The translations under genes and the position numbers were made by a program. Below the pieces are notes generated by a model. The model had not been told where the DNA came from, did no database searches, and was given only the letters and a program-made list of their open reading frames with translations. This document shows, piece by piece, positions 43,064 through 53,122 of a stretch of DNA of 64,000 nt; the first letter of the stretch is position 1; each line of letters begins with the position of its first letter. The stretch comes from Longimicrobiales bacterium. Its GTDB lineage: Bacteria; Gemmatimonadota; Gemmatimonadetes; Longimicrobiales; Gaopeijiaceae. Location of the stretch: positions 2,592,001-2,656,000 of the forward strand of contig OZ241892.1 of NCBI GenBank assembly GCA_965203485.1. Reading direction: 5' to 3'.

Positions 43064-44380
43064 ATGACCGTTCCCACACGCCGCTCGTTTCTCGCCGAGA
43101 TGATGGCCGTCGCCGCGTTGCCCAAGGCCGTCTCGGGCGGCGGCCGCCTGGAGCACGGGGAGCACGCGCCGGGCGCTCCGGCGCTGGAGGACTTCCCGGC
43201 TTCGCCTGCCGGCTTCCCGGTTGCGCCTGCCGACGAGTCGTACTGGGAGCAGGTCCGGGCGCAGTTCGCGTTTCGGGAGGAGCGGGTTCCGATGAACGCG
43301 GCCAACCTGTGCCCGTCGCCGCGCGCGGTCGCAGGCAGGGTGGAGGAGCTCACGCGGGACATCGACCGGGACTGCTCGTTCAACAACCGGGCCAAGTTCG
43401 GAGCGATGCTGGAGGAGTCGAGGGCGCAAGTGGCGGCGCAACTCCGGGTCGGCGCGGACGAAATCGCGCTTGTGCGCAACACGAGCGAGGCGAACAACAC
43501 GGTGAACGCCGGCGTGCATCTCTCGCCGGGCGACGAAATAGTCCTTTGGGACCAAAACCACCCGACCAACAACGTTGCCTGGGACGTGAGGGCCGCCCGC
43601 TTCGGCTTCACGGTCAAGCGCGTGCAGGTTCCCCCGCATCCGTCCGAGCCCGGCGACCTGGCCGCCCCCTTCGTGGAGGCGCTTTCCGCCCGAACCCGGG
43701 TCCTGGCGGTCACCCACGTGTCCAACGTCAGCGGCATCCGTCTGCCCGTGCGCGAGCTGGCGGCCGAGGCCCGGCGCCGGGGCATCCACTTCCATGTGGA
43801 CGGCGCGCAGACATGGGGCGCACTGGACGTGAACCTCCGGGAGATGGGGTGCGATTCGTACTCCGCGTCCGCCCACAAGTGGTTCATGGGTCCGAAGGAG
43901 GCCGGACTCCTCTACGTACGCGAAGAGCGCATCCCGGAGTTGTGGCCCGCCGGCGTGGCCCCGGGTTGGGGCGCCGACGCGGAGCCGGACGTGAAGGGCG
44001 CCCGCAAGTTCGAGTCCCTGGGCCAGCGCGACGACGCGTGCCTGGCCGCCGTCGCCACCGCAGCCGCGTTCCATTCCGCCATTGCGCCGCCCGTCGGCGC
44101 CGCCCGCGTGGCCCATTTGGCAACCGCCCTCAAGGAGCGGCTCGCAGACGCGGGACTGACGCTCGTCACGCCGATGGCGCAAGAACTCTCCGGCGGCGTC
44201 TGCATCGTCGAGGCGCCCGGCGACGGCCGCACCGCCGTCAACCGCCTCTACGAGGAACACGGCGTCGCCGGCGCCGCTACCGGCGGCCTGCGCCTCTGCC
44301 CGCACGTCTACAACACCATCGCCCACGTCCAGCGCGCGGCCGACGGGGCCAAGGCGCTTCGAGACGTCATTCTGGGATAG
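43064..44380 (+). CDS. Tat-exported class V PLP enzyme (isopenicillin N epimerase/desulfurase-like)
   Basis: TRRSFL, RNTSE, VDGAQ, SAHKWFMGP. Confidence 0.9.
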   Translation: MTVPTRRSFLAEMMAVAALPKAVSGGGRLEHGEHAPGAPALEDFPASPAGFPVAPADESYWEQVRAQFAFREERVPMNAANLCPSPRAVAGRVEELTRDIDRDCSFNNRAKFGAMLEESRAQVAAQLRVGADEIALVRNTSEANNTVNAGVHLSPGDEIVLWDQNHPTNNVAWDVRAARFGFTVKRVQVPPHPSEPGDLAAPFVEALSARTRVLAVTHVSNVSGIRLPVRELAAEARRRGIHFHVDGAQTWGALDVNLREMGCDSYSASAHKWFMGPKEAGLLYVREERIPELWPAGVAPGWGADAEPDVKGARKFESLGQRDDACLAAVATAAAFHSAIAPPVGAARVAHLATALKERLADAGLTLVTPMAQELSGGVCIVEAPGDGRTAVNRLYEEHGVAGAATGGLRLCPHVYNTIAHVQRAADGAKALRDVILG

Positions 44381-44548
44381 AAGGGCGCCGAGGCGTGCAC
44401 GTTCCGGTCGGCGGCGGCACCGACAACAGACCCCTCGCAACGGCTTGCAGACGGCGACGCCGCTCCGTATCTTCTTGTCTTCGAGTCGGCACCTCGCGAG
44501 ACGGCGCTCCGTCTTCCCCCGCCCGTTGACGGCAGAGGCAAGCCCAAC

Positions 44549-44992
44549 ATGCGAAGCGAAGCCGAGAACGCAAGCGCTCCGTCCGGCGAGCATCGCTGGC
44601 GCTACCGGCTCGCCTCTTTCTCGCGTGCGTACTCCCTGTTGCGCGAAGCCTTGGAGCACGATGTCGATGCCTTGAATCCATTGGAAATGGAGGGATTGAT
44701 CCAGCGCTTCGAATACACTTTCGAGCTGGGCTGGAAACTTCTCAAGGATCGTTTGGAGTACGACGGGCTTGCTCTCCCCGTCACGACTCCGCGATCCGTT
44801 GTTCGGGCCGCTTACGAAGCCCGTCTGATTGAAGACGGAGAAGTCTGGATGGACATGCTGACCGATCGCAACCGGACGTCGCACAGGTACGACGAAGAAC
44901 TGATCGAAGACGTCGTCAGGAACGTTCAGTCCCGCTACCTGACGGCATTCGGCTTCTTGCACGAGCATTCGCTCCAGGCCGAGGACCGATAG
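44549..44992 (+). CDS. HEPN protein (HI0074-type), putative toxin
   Basis: GLIQRFEYTFELGWK, RNRTSH (R-X4-H). Confidence 0.92.
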   Translation: MRSEAENASAPSGEHRWRYRLASFSRAYSLLREALEHDVDALNPLEMEGLIQRFEYTFELGWKLLKDRLEYDGLALPVTTPRSVVRAAYEARLIEDGEVWMDMLTDRNRTSHRYDEELIEDVVRNVQSRYLTAFGFLHEHSLQAEDR

Positions 44993-44994
44993 GC

Positions 44995-45366
44995 GTGGCC
45001 GATCTGCCCGCCTCGCTCCGCATTCCGCGGACGAGCCGCCGGACGCATTCGACGCGACGGAGCGCACCCGATCTTCCTGCCGCTTCGCTCCGCATACTGA
45101 CGGACGTCTTCTCCTCTTACCCCGAGTTGGAAAAGGTTGTCTTGTTCGGCTCTCGCGCCAGCGGCGCCGCCCGTCACTGGTCGGACATCGACTTGGCTAC
45201 CCACGGCATCGTCGGCGCCCGGTATCGCCTCGGGCGGCTCGCGCTCGATCTCGAAGACACGAGCATACCCCAAAGATGCGACGTTCTGGCGTACGAAGAG
45301 ATCGACTACGCGCCTCTCAAGGAACATGTGAACAACACCGGAATCGTCATCTACGCGCGAGGCTAG
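44995..45366 (+). CDS. Minimal nucleotidyltransferase (MNT), putative antitoxin
   Basis: LFGSRASG....SDIDLA. Confidence 0.92.
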   Translation: MADLPASLRIPRTSRRTHSTRRSAPDLPAASLRILTDVFSSYPELEKVVLFGSRASGAARHWSDIDLATHGIVGARYRLGRLALDLEDTSIPQRCDVLAYEEIDYAPLKEHVNNTGIVIYARG

Positions 45367-45432
45367 GGACAAGCAAACGGCCGCGCCGGTCCCCGCACAC
45401 GCCCCCGCACCCAACCACAGGAGACGCCCGCC

Positions 45433-47085
45433 GTGCAAGGCTTCGTCTGCTCCCTGCCCGTGGCTTTCGCCCTTCTTGGCATGGCGATCCCACCCGCGTC
45501 GGCTGCACCCGTCGTTCCCGCGGCCCGCCCATCGGTCCCGTCGCATGCCGCCGGCCAGCAGTACGACGTGCTCATAGCCGGTGGAACGGTCGTGGACGGC
45601 ACCGGCGCGGCGCGCTTTCGGGCCGACGTGGCCGTGGCGGACGGACGGGTCGCCGAGGTGTCCCGGGAGCCCATTGACCCGTCCCGCGCGGACCTGGTGG
45701 TGGACGCCCAGGGCCGGATCGTGGCGCCGGGATTCATCGACAACCACGCCCACGTTCAGCAGACGATCGCGCTCTATCCGTTGGCCGAGAACTTCCTTCG
45801 CCAAGGGATCACGACGCTGGTCGCCTCGCTCCATTCGGGCGACCAGCCCTGGCCGCTCGAGGAGTTCGCATCCGGACTGGAGACGGCGCCCAACGTCGGC
45901 TTCTTCGCCGGCCACACCTGGACGCGAAAGCAGGTCATGGGAATGGACGACCGGGCGCCGACTCCGGCCGAGATGGAGCAGATGAAGGCGTTGGTCGACC
46001 AGTCAATGCGCGAGGGCGCGCTCGGCCTGTCGACGGGCCTGCTGTACGTGCCCGCCAACTTCGCCGAGACGGAGGAAATCGTCGAACTCGCCAAGATCGC
46101 GGCGTCGCACGGCGGCATCTACGTGACCCACATGCGCAACGAAGCCAGCGGTCTCCTGGAGTCGGTGGCGGAGGTGATCCGCATCGCGGACGAAGCCGGC
46201 ATTCCAGCGCAGATCAACCATCACAAGGCGGCGGGCGCTACCCAGTGGGGCTGGAGCGAGCAAACCCTGGCCATGATCGATTCGGCCAACGCGGCCGGCC
46301 TCTCCGTGGTGCACGACCTGTACCCCTACGCGGCGTCCAGCACCGGCTCGTCGATCCTGTTCCCGCAGTGGGCGCTGGCGGGCGGCCCGGAAGCGTTCGC
46401 CGAACGGGTGGCGAATCCCGAGACGCGAGCGCGCATGGAAACGGACATGCGGCGGATATTCACCACCGACCGAACCGGCGGCGACATCTCCCGCATTCAA
46501 TTCCGCGTCCTCGCCTCCGACGAGTCCTACAACGGCAAGACTCTGGCCGACTACGCTTCGGACCGCGGCCTTCCCAACGACCTCGAGACGGGCATCCAGC
46601 TGGCGACCGAACTCCAGCTCGAGGGCGGCTTCAGCGCCATCTATCACGCCATGGACGAAGCCGACGTAATCCGCATCATGCAGCATCCCCTGGCCATGAT
46701 CGAGAGCGACGGCGACGCCGTGGGCCACGGCATCGGCTACCCGCATCCGCGCAGCTACGGAGCCTTCCCCCGCGTGCTCGCTCGCTACGTGCGCGAGTTC
46801 GGCGTGCTCACTCTGGAAGAGGCCGTGCGCAAGATGACGTCCATGCCCGCCGCGTGGCTGGGCCGAACCGACATGGGCGTCCTCGCCGAAGGAATGCGCG
46901 CCGACGTCGCCGTCTTCGACCCGGAGACAGTCGCCGACCGCGCCACCTACGCCGATCCGCACCAGTACAGCGTCGGCATCACGGACCTGCTCGTGAACGG
47001 CGTTCCCGTCATTCTTCGCGGCGGTCTTACCGGCCAAAAGCCCGGTCGCTGGATTCGCGGCCCCGCGCGGCGCCCGGCGAGCTGA
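45433..47085 (+). CDS. N-acyl-D-amino-acid deacylase (amidohydrolase), exported
   Basis: Signal peptide, APGFIDNHAH, GLSTGL.Y.P, HMRNE, HPRSYGAFPR. Confidence 0.92.
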   Translation: MQGFVCSLPVAFALLGMAIPPASAAPVVPAARPSVPSHAAGQQYDVLIAGGTVVDGTGAARFRADVAVADGRVAEVSREPIDPSRADLVVDAQGRIVAPGFIDNHAHVQQTIALYPLAENFLRQGITTLVASLHSGDQPWPLEEFASGLETAPNVGFFAGHTWTRKQVMGMDDRAPTPAEMEQMKALVDQSMREGALGLSTGLLYVPANFAETEEIVELAKIAASHGGIYVTHMRNEASGLLESVAEVIRIADEAGIPAQINHHKAAGATQWGWSEQTLAMIDSANAAGLSVVHDLYPYAASSTGSSILFPQWALAGGPEAFAERVANPETRARMETDMRRIFTTDRTGGDISRIQFRVLASDESYNGKTLADYASDRGLPNDLETGIQLATELQLEGGFSAIYHAMDEADVIRIMQHPLAMIESDGDAVGHGIGYPHPRSYGAFPRVLARYVREFGVLTLEEAVRKMTSMPAAWLGRTDMGVLAEGMRADVAVFDPETVADRATYADPHQYSVGITDLLVNGVPVILRGGLTGQKPGRWIRGPARRPAS

Positions 47086-50000
47086 TGGCACGCCGGCGCT
47101 TGGCGGGCGCCATTGCAGCCGCGACCGCTGCCGCGCTTGGACTCGCGCCTGAAGCTCGCGCCCAGACCGGAACGGTGACAGGTACCGTCGTGGACGCAGG
47201 CACTGGCCGCCCCATCGTGTCGGCACGAGTTCACGTTCCGGCCCTGAACGCCGCCGCGCTGTCGAGGGAGAACGGCCGGTTCCTCCTGCCCGCCGTCGGT
47301 CCGGGCGCGCACGAGCTGCACGTGGACGTCGTCGGCTTCGCCAGCGTCGTTAGAACGGTGAGCGTCCGCGCAGGCGAGACGGCCACCATCGACATCCAAC
47401 TCCATTCGACCGCGCTGGAACTGGCCGAGATCGTCGTGACCGGCACTGCCTTCCAAGAATCGCCCGTCACGCTGCCCTACTCGGTGGCGGTCTCGAGCCG
47501 GCGAAGCCTCGCCGAGCAGGGTTCGCCCCAGGCCATGGACTTCTTCAAGGCCCTGAGCGCGAGCCACGGCGGCCTGGGCGAGCGCCACAGCTTCGCCAAC
47601 ACGGCCCAGCCCGGCGCCGTGCCCGAGACGATCGCCAGCGTGAACCTTCGCGCCCTGGGGGCCTCGCGGACGCTGGTGCTGCTCAACGGGAGGCGCCAAA
47701 CCTACGTGCCGGTGCGGATGTACGGCGGTCGCTTCGTGGACGTCAACGCGTTCCCGTCGATCTCGCTGGACCGGATCGAAGTCCTGAAGGAGGGGGCGTC
47801 GGCGGTGTACGGCTCCGACGCCGTGGCGGGCGTCGCCAACTTTCTCACGAGGGGCGACTTCGACGGACTGGAATTCACGGCCGCCCACGAGTACTACGCC
47901 GCTTCCGGCAATACGAGCGCGGGCGGCATCTGGGGCCGGTCCGTGGGAGAAAGCGCCCACGCCGTGATCTCGGCCGAAGCGCTTCAGACCCAGTACCTCA
48001 AGGTTCGGGACCGCGACTTCGCCCTCGCCCCCTTCGTGCCGGGCGCCGGCGGCTGGTCGTCCGTCGGAAATCCGGGCGCATTTCTTTTTCCGCAGCTTAC
48101 CGGCGACGAGGCGCCCAAGGAATTCGCCGCGGCTCTGCGGGATGCGCAGTTCAGCGGCCGGGTCTTCGTCGATCCGGCTTGCGAGGACTTCGGAGGCCAC
48201 CGCGAAGACGAGACGTGCCGGATGCGCTACCAAGCCTGGGACGACTTGCAGCAGGCGTCGACGTACGTTCGCGCCTTCGCCGAGATCAACGGCCGGTGGG
48301 CAGACGGCGGCCACTACCACGCCGAAGCGCTCGTCGCCCGCACGGCGACGCCGAAGTGGTCCACCACGCCGTCCTTCGCGCCCATCTACCAATACGACGG
48401 CACGCACTTGGTGCCGCCGGACAACCCGGGCCGCGAGCGCTTCTGCAACAACGCCGCGCAAGCCGCCGGATTCGCGTCCCCCGCCGCCTGCCTCGCAGGA
48501 GACTGGTACTTCTACGGGCGCACGATCGGCAACAGCGGCCCGGCGCGCCTAGTTTCCCGAAGGTCGCAGACGCTGCGGGTCGCCGCGTCCGCCGACCGCA
48601 CTGTGGGAACCCTGGCCGGCGAAGACTTGGCGCTCGAAGCGTCCGTCAGCTGGTCGCGGGCAACGGGCAACGTGAGCTTGCCCGCCGAATACGCCCATCG
48701 CCGCTTCCTGGCGTTTCGCGGGTTCGGCGGCCCCGACTGCAGCGTGGAGGTCGTGGCGGACGCGTCGAGCCCTTCGGGCATGGCGCTGGGACCGCTGAAC
48801 GGAGCGGTGGCGGGACGGGGCGGCTGCATGTGGTACAACCCCTTCAGCAACGCGATCCAGCATTCGCAGCAACCCGGTGCGCCGTTCGAGACCCAGGCGA
48901 ACCCGGGCTGGGTCCCGTCCCTGGCCAACGCGCCCGAACTCCGCACGTGGCTGTTCGACCAGGTCGACCTGCGCAGCAGGACCAACTTGGCCGTCGCCGA
49001 CGCCACGTTGAAGGGAACGCTCGCGGAGGGCGTGGCCGACTTCGCGGCCGGATATCAGTTCCGCTGGTTCGGCGTCTCCGCCCAGCCCAACGACGCGGGC
49101 AATCTCCTGATCAACCCATGTCCCGTCCTCGGCGACCAAGGCTGCAACGCAAGAATCGGTCCGTTCAGTCTCATCAACGGCTTCTACCCGGACGACGCCT
49201 CGCAGACCGTGCACCGCTTCTTCGCGGAAGCGCCCTTGACCATCGGCTCCCGGATCAGCGCCCAGGCGGCGGCCAACTACGAGTTCCACAACTTGGCCAG
49301 CAGCTTCGACCCCCGGCTGGCGCTGCGCGTTCAGATTTCGAGCGCGCTGGCGCTGCGCGCGTCGGTGCAGACAACCTTCCGCTCGCCTTCGGTGGACGAC
49401 GTGAACAAGTTGCAGAACACGGCGGCCGTGTACGTGCCCGAAGCCGAGGCGTGGAGGGCGACCGACAACTTCGGCAACCCCAATCTCGAACCAGAACAGG
49501 CGTTCACGTACAACGTCGGCGCCAGCTTCCAAGCCTCCCGAATGCGGGCGGCCGTGGACTATTGGAGCTACGACTTTCGCAACTTGATCGACGTGCTCCC
49601 CTATGCGGCCGTCATGCGCTTGTATCACGCCGGCGGCGCGTCGCGCGAAGCCGTCAAGGAATTCGTCAGTTGCCCCGACGGACAGGGCACCGCCACCTGC
49701 GCGTCGGCGGACGTCGAACGGATTCGCGTGGGGCTCGTGAACTGGCCCGGCGCCCGGACCTCGGGCATCGACTGGCATGCGAGCGCGCGGCTGGCCGCCG
49801 GACAAGGCGTAGTCTCGCTGGGCGCCGACGGAACCTGGACACGCGAGTACCGCGTCAAGGCGCTGCACGTGAACGGCGCCGAACTCTACGGCGAGCAGGC
49901 GGCGGCCGGCCGGCTGAACTGGTTCAACCCGGTCGCGCCGCCCCTTCCCCAATGGAAATCGCGGTTCTCGGCCGGCCTCCACCGTGGCGACTACAGCCTG

Positions 50001-50261
50001 GTGAACTGGATCAACGTCGTGTCGTCCTACGCCAACGAGGAGTTCGCCGGCACGCAGTACGAGAAGATTCCGCGGGTGGCGACGTGGGACTTGAGCCTCC
50101 TGCGACGGGCCAAGCAGGGCCTCGACGTGGCGTTGACCGCGGCCAACCTGCTCGACGCCCCGGCACCGTTCGTGGCCTGGGAACACGCCTTCGACGCCTT
50201 CACCCACAGTGCGCGGGGCCGCCGGGTCAAGCTGTCGGCGACGTGGAGGACGGGCGGGTAG
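47085..50261 (+). CDS. TonB-dependent receptor with N-terminal carboxypeptidase-regulatory-like domain
   Basis: TGATG coupling, EIVVTG, RTLVLLNGRR, RIEVLKEGASAVYGSDAVAGV.N, GNPNLEPE. Confidence 0.95.
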   Translation: MARRRLAGAIAAATAAALGLAPEARAQTGTVTGTVVDAGTGRPIVSARVHVPALNAAALSRENGRFLLPAVGPGAHELHVDVVGFASVVRTVSVRAGETATIDIQLHSTALELAEIVVTGTAFQESPVTLPYSVAVSSRRSLAEQGSPQAMDFFKALSASHGGLGERHSFANTAQPGAVPETIASVNLRALGASRTLVLLNGRRQTYVPVRMYGGRFVDVNAFPSISLDRIEVLKEGASAVYGSDAVAGVANFLTRGDFDGLEFTAAHEYYAASGNTSAGGIWGRSVGESAHAVISAEALQTQYLKVRDRDFALAPFVPGAGGWSSVGNPGAFLFPQLTGDEAPKEFAAALRDAQFSGRVFVDPACEDFGGHREDETCRMRYQAWDDLQQASTYVRAFAEINGRWADGGHYHAEALVARTATPKWSTTPSFAPIYQYDGTHLVPPDNPGRERFCNNAAQAAGFASPAACLAGDWYFYGRTIGNSGPARLVSRRSQTLRVAASADRTVGTLAGEDLALEASVSWSRATGNVSLPAEYAHRRFLAFRGFGGPDCSVEVVADASSPSGMALGPLNGAVAGRGGCMWYNPFSNAIQHSQQPGAPFETQANPGWVPSLANAPELRTWLFDQVDLRSRTNLAVADATLKGTLAEGVADFAAGYQFRWFGVSAQPNDAGNLLINPCPVLGDQGCNARIGPFSLINGFYPDDASQTVHRFFAEAPLTIGSRISAQAAANYEFHNLASSFDPRLALRVQISSALALRASVQTTFRSPSVDDVNKLQNTAAVYVPEAEAWRATDNFGNPNLEPEQAFTYNVGASFQASRMRAAVDYWSYDFRNLIDVLPYAAVMRLYHAGGASREAVKEFVSCPDGQGTATCASADVERIRVGLVNWPGARTSGIDWHASARLAAGQGVVSLGADGTWTREYRVKALHVNGAELYGEQAAAGRLNWFNPVAPPLPQWKSRFSAGLHRGDYSLVNWINVVSSYANEEFAGTQYEKIPRVATWDLSLLRRAKQGLDVALTAANLLDAPAPFVAWEHAFDAFTHSARGRRVKLSATWRTGG

Positions 50262-50605
50262 CGCGCCGCCACGTCCACATGGTCGGCGTCGGCGGAAATC
50301 ACGACCGCGGCCGACTGGTAGCCCAGCATGGTGATCGCGAGGGTGACCGCGCCAGGCCCGACGACGATGGAGAAGTTGCCGTCCTCGTTGGTGAACGCGC
50401 TACGAGCGGCGCCCGCGACCGCCACGGCCGCGCCGACTACGGGTTGCCCCGTGGTCGCGTCCGACACGGTGCCCGTGATCATGCGAGTCTGGGCATCGAG
50501 GGCGTGGGGGGTCGAAAGGATCGTGCAGATGCAGACTGCGGCGAGCGTGGTGAGCGCGGATAGGTGGGGGGGGGGGGGGGGGGGGCGATTGCGGTGGCGG
50601 TTCAC
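50262..50605 (-). pseudogene. Truncated SusC/TonB-receptor N-terminus (signal + carboxypeptidase-regulatory-like domain)
   Basis: ITGTVSDATTGQPVVGAAV...TNEDGNFSI...LGY, then reads into the antisense of the neighbouring receptor. Confidence 0.75.
50566..50585. repeat. G20 homopolymer
   Basis: 20 consecutive G (C20 on the coding strand, giving poly-Pro before the signal peptide). Confidence 0.95.
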
Positions 50606-50616
50606 GGGGCTTCTTT

Positions 50617-53121
50617 CTACTGGTTGCCTGCTTGGGGCTTTAGCGCGGGAGATTGAAAGGCGTTTCGATGCCGCCGGCTCTCAATCTCCTTCAAGATGTC
50701 GTCCGCAACGTCCATCACCTCCGCGGGGGCACGCACCGACTCCCCGGCATGTCTTCGCAACGCGACTATTAGGGGCCACAGCGCGTGCGCCCTTTCTGGG
50801 TCGGCACCCAATTCGACTGCGAGAACATCCGGTGGGCCGTCGGCGGCAACTATTAGAACCACCAGCTCATGCAAGTCCGCCAGCATTCTCTCATGGCCGA
50901 AGTCGAGCGTCCCATACAGTCTTCGAAGCATCTCCCGCCAGTGGTCGGTCATTCCGGCTTTGTAGTAGGTGAGCACTCTTTCCCTTCCCGCATGCCAGTG
51001 CCAAAGCAGTCCGCCGAGGCCGACAATGTCCCCGAATCGACGGTCCAGATCGTCGTGGGACGCGAGAGCGTCGTCGATGCATCCAAGGCTTCGCTGGGCC
51101 CAACCTCTGACAAGAAGCAACCGCGCACCGTGCGCCCGGACTTGAGACTCGCCACCATCTTCAATGTACTCAATTGCTTCTTCGCATGTCGCCAGAGCGG
51201 CTTCTGCGTTGTGATTTGTCAAGAGAACCACAATCTTTATGTAGGCGGCTGTCACATGCTGTCGAACCCCATGATCGCCGCAACTGCCGAATCGGTCGAT
51301 CAAGATTCGCAATGTCTGGATGCCAACCGTGCGTGTGTCTGGAACCGACGACTGCAACGAGCCCATGTTGATCATCGCTTGCGCCACACGCGAGGCCAGA
51401 AATGGGCGATCGTCCTGACCATAACGCCTAACAACTTCCTCGAAGCAATCAAACACCTCTTGGCGATGCAGGCCCAACTCCATATGGAAAGACGCACGAT
51501 CAAGGGTCGCTCCTAGAACAACATCCAACATCTCGTCGTCGTCTCTGTACATGGCAATAATGTCGCCGTAACTGCTAATGGCTCCATCAGCATCATTCAG
51601 GTTCCGCATCGCCGATACTCTGTTAAATCGGGCGATTGCCACCGCACGTCGAGACCCACCAATGCTGTCCTCGCCAAAGCGATCTATGACCGCCTCGCAA
51701 GTCATCTTGGCGTCTTCGTATCGTCGCAGTTGGTAGAGAAGCACCGCCTTTTGTAGCATCAGATCGGCCATATTCACGGGATCAATGTTCCGATCGCGCA
51801 TTTCCTGATTGAGTGCCGCAAGGGAAGCTTCGGGCACCGACGCCAGGACACCGGGATCGTCCGTGGCTACGTCAATCATGGCTCGGCGAGTCAACCGATC
51901 GTGCCGAATCTCCTCGATAAGCTTGGCACTCATGTCGGCGCGGCGGGCTTTGCTGTAGAAGGCGGCCATGAACCGCATCAACATCTGTACCACGCCGACT
52001 TCGTCGCGCTCGCGGCGGATCTTGTAGTACAAGCAGTAGAGACGCTCCGCGGCCGCATATCGCCTCCGCCGTTCTCCTCCTGTCACCATCAACGCTCCTC
52101 GCGCAACAAGGCGTCCAAGCATCGACGACGCAAGCCGTACGCCCATGCGCGCTCGTGCCGCGATCTCCGACGTGCTCGAAGGCTGCCAGAGACTGATCGC
52201 GGCGACATAGACCCGACGCTCGGTCTTAGGAAGCGCTTCCAAATGGCTTCGAAAATAGTCGGTGTGATCGTCGACGAGCGCCACGAGGTCTTCCATCAAA
52301 CGCCGAACGGACTGATGCCGAGCCAGTTCTGCCACGATGGTCAACAGCCGGGGGCTCCCTCCGGTAAGAATCTCCAACGGCCGCACGTCCCGACGATCTA
52401 TCGGCTCACTGGAAGCGGCTTGCCAAAGACGCCTGCATTCCTCCGTGCCAAGAGGCTCCAAAGCGATCGTCATGAAGAGTTCAAAGAACGGTTCCTTTGC
52501 GTCGTCCAACGCCTTGAAGCGGCTCGTCGCCGTAGCCAACAGCATAACGGCCGGCTCCATTTGCAAGGACTCGCGGAGTTGCCAACCGAAATCGGCGTCA
52601 ACATCGTCGCAAAGATCCTGAAAGTTCTCGACCATGAGCACGAGTTGCTTGCCAAGCTGGTCGGCCGCCTCCAGCACCGTGGCGCGAGCCCGATGGGCGT
52701 AGTCGCGATCTTGCCAGGCACTCGCCAGATCGGCATGAGCCGCTTGCAGCTCCTTCGCCAGATCGGGCGCCGTGGATGTGCACTCGTTGGCGAGATAGAA
52801 CAACGTCTCCAGCCAGAAATCGCCTATGCACGAGACTTCGTGACTCTCCTCCATGAAGCGAACCGGCATGAGTTCCCCCGAGCGGGCACCGTTGGCCCGC
52901 AACTCCGCGGCCGCCCTGGCCAGGAGCATGGTCTTGCCTTGTCCGCGAGGCGCAACTACGAGGAGATGCTGACAGGAATCCGCGTCGATGTTGTCGCGCA
53001 ACACTTCCAACACCATGGCGAGTTCGTCCTGCCGCACGACAAACTGATGGATCAGCTCTTCGTCGGACTGAAGCACGCCCGGATTGAACTTCCGAATCGT
53101 GGGACGAGGAGACGATCTCAT
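50617..53121 (-). CDS. STAND-like NTPase + winged helix + TPR-like repeats
   Basis: Walker A APRGQGKT, VLMVEN, TGGSPR, HTH (STSEIAARARM...LGRLV.RG), ~45-aa helical repeats. Confidence 0.85.
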   Translation of the reverse strand: MRSSPRPTIRKFNPGVLQSDEELIHQFVVRQDELAMVLEVLRDNIDADSCQHLLVVAPRGQGKTMLLARAAAELRANGARSGELMPVRFMEESHEVSCIGDFWLETLFYLANECTSTAPDLAKELQAAHADLASAWQDRDYAHRARATVLEAADQLGKQLVLMVENFQDLCDDVDADFGWQLRESLQMEPAVMLLATATSRFKALDDAKEPFFELFMTIALEPLGTEECRRLWQAASSEPIDRRDVRPLEILTGGSPRLLTIVAELARHQSVRRLMEDLVALVDDHTDYFRSHLEALPKTERRVYVAAISLWQPSSTSEIAARARMGVRLASSMLGRLVARGALMVTGGERRRRYAAAERLYCLYYKIRRERDEVGVVQMLMRFMAAFYSKARRADMSAKLIEEIRHDRLTRRAMIDVATDDPGVLASVPEASLAALNQEMRDRNIDPVNMADLMLQKAVLLYQLRRYEDAKMTCEAVIDRFGEDSIGGSRRAVAIARFNRVSAMRNLNDADGAISSYGDIIAMYRDDDEMLDVVLGATLDRASFHMELGLHRQEVFDCFEEVVRRYGQDDRPFLASRVAQAMINMGSLQSSVPDTRTVGIQTLRILIDRFGSCGDHGVRQHVTAAYIKIVVLLTNHNAEAALATCEEAIEYIEDGGESQVRAHGARLLLVRGWAQRSLGCIDDALASHDDLDRRFGDIVGLGGLLWHWHAGRERVLTYYKAGMTDHWREMLRRLYGTLDFGHERMLADLHELVVLIVAADGPPDVLAVELGADPERAHALWPLIVALRRHAGESVRAPAEVMDVADDILKEIESRRHRNAFQSPALKPQAGNQ

Positions 53122-53122
53122 T

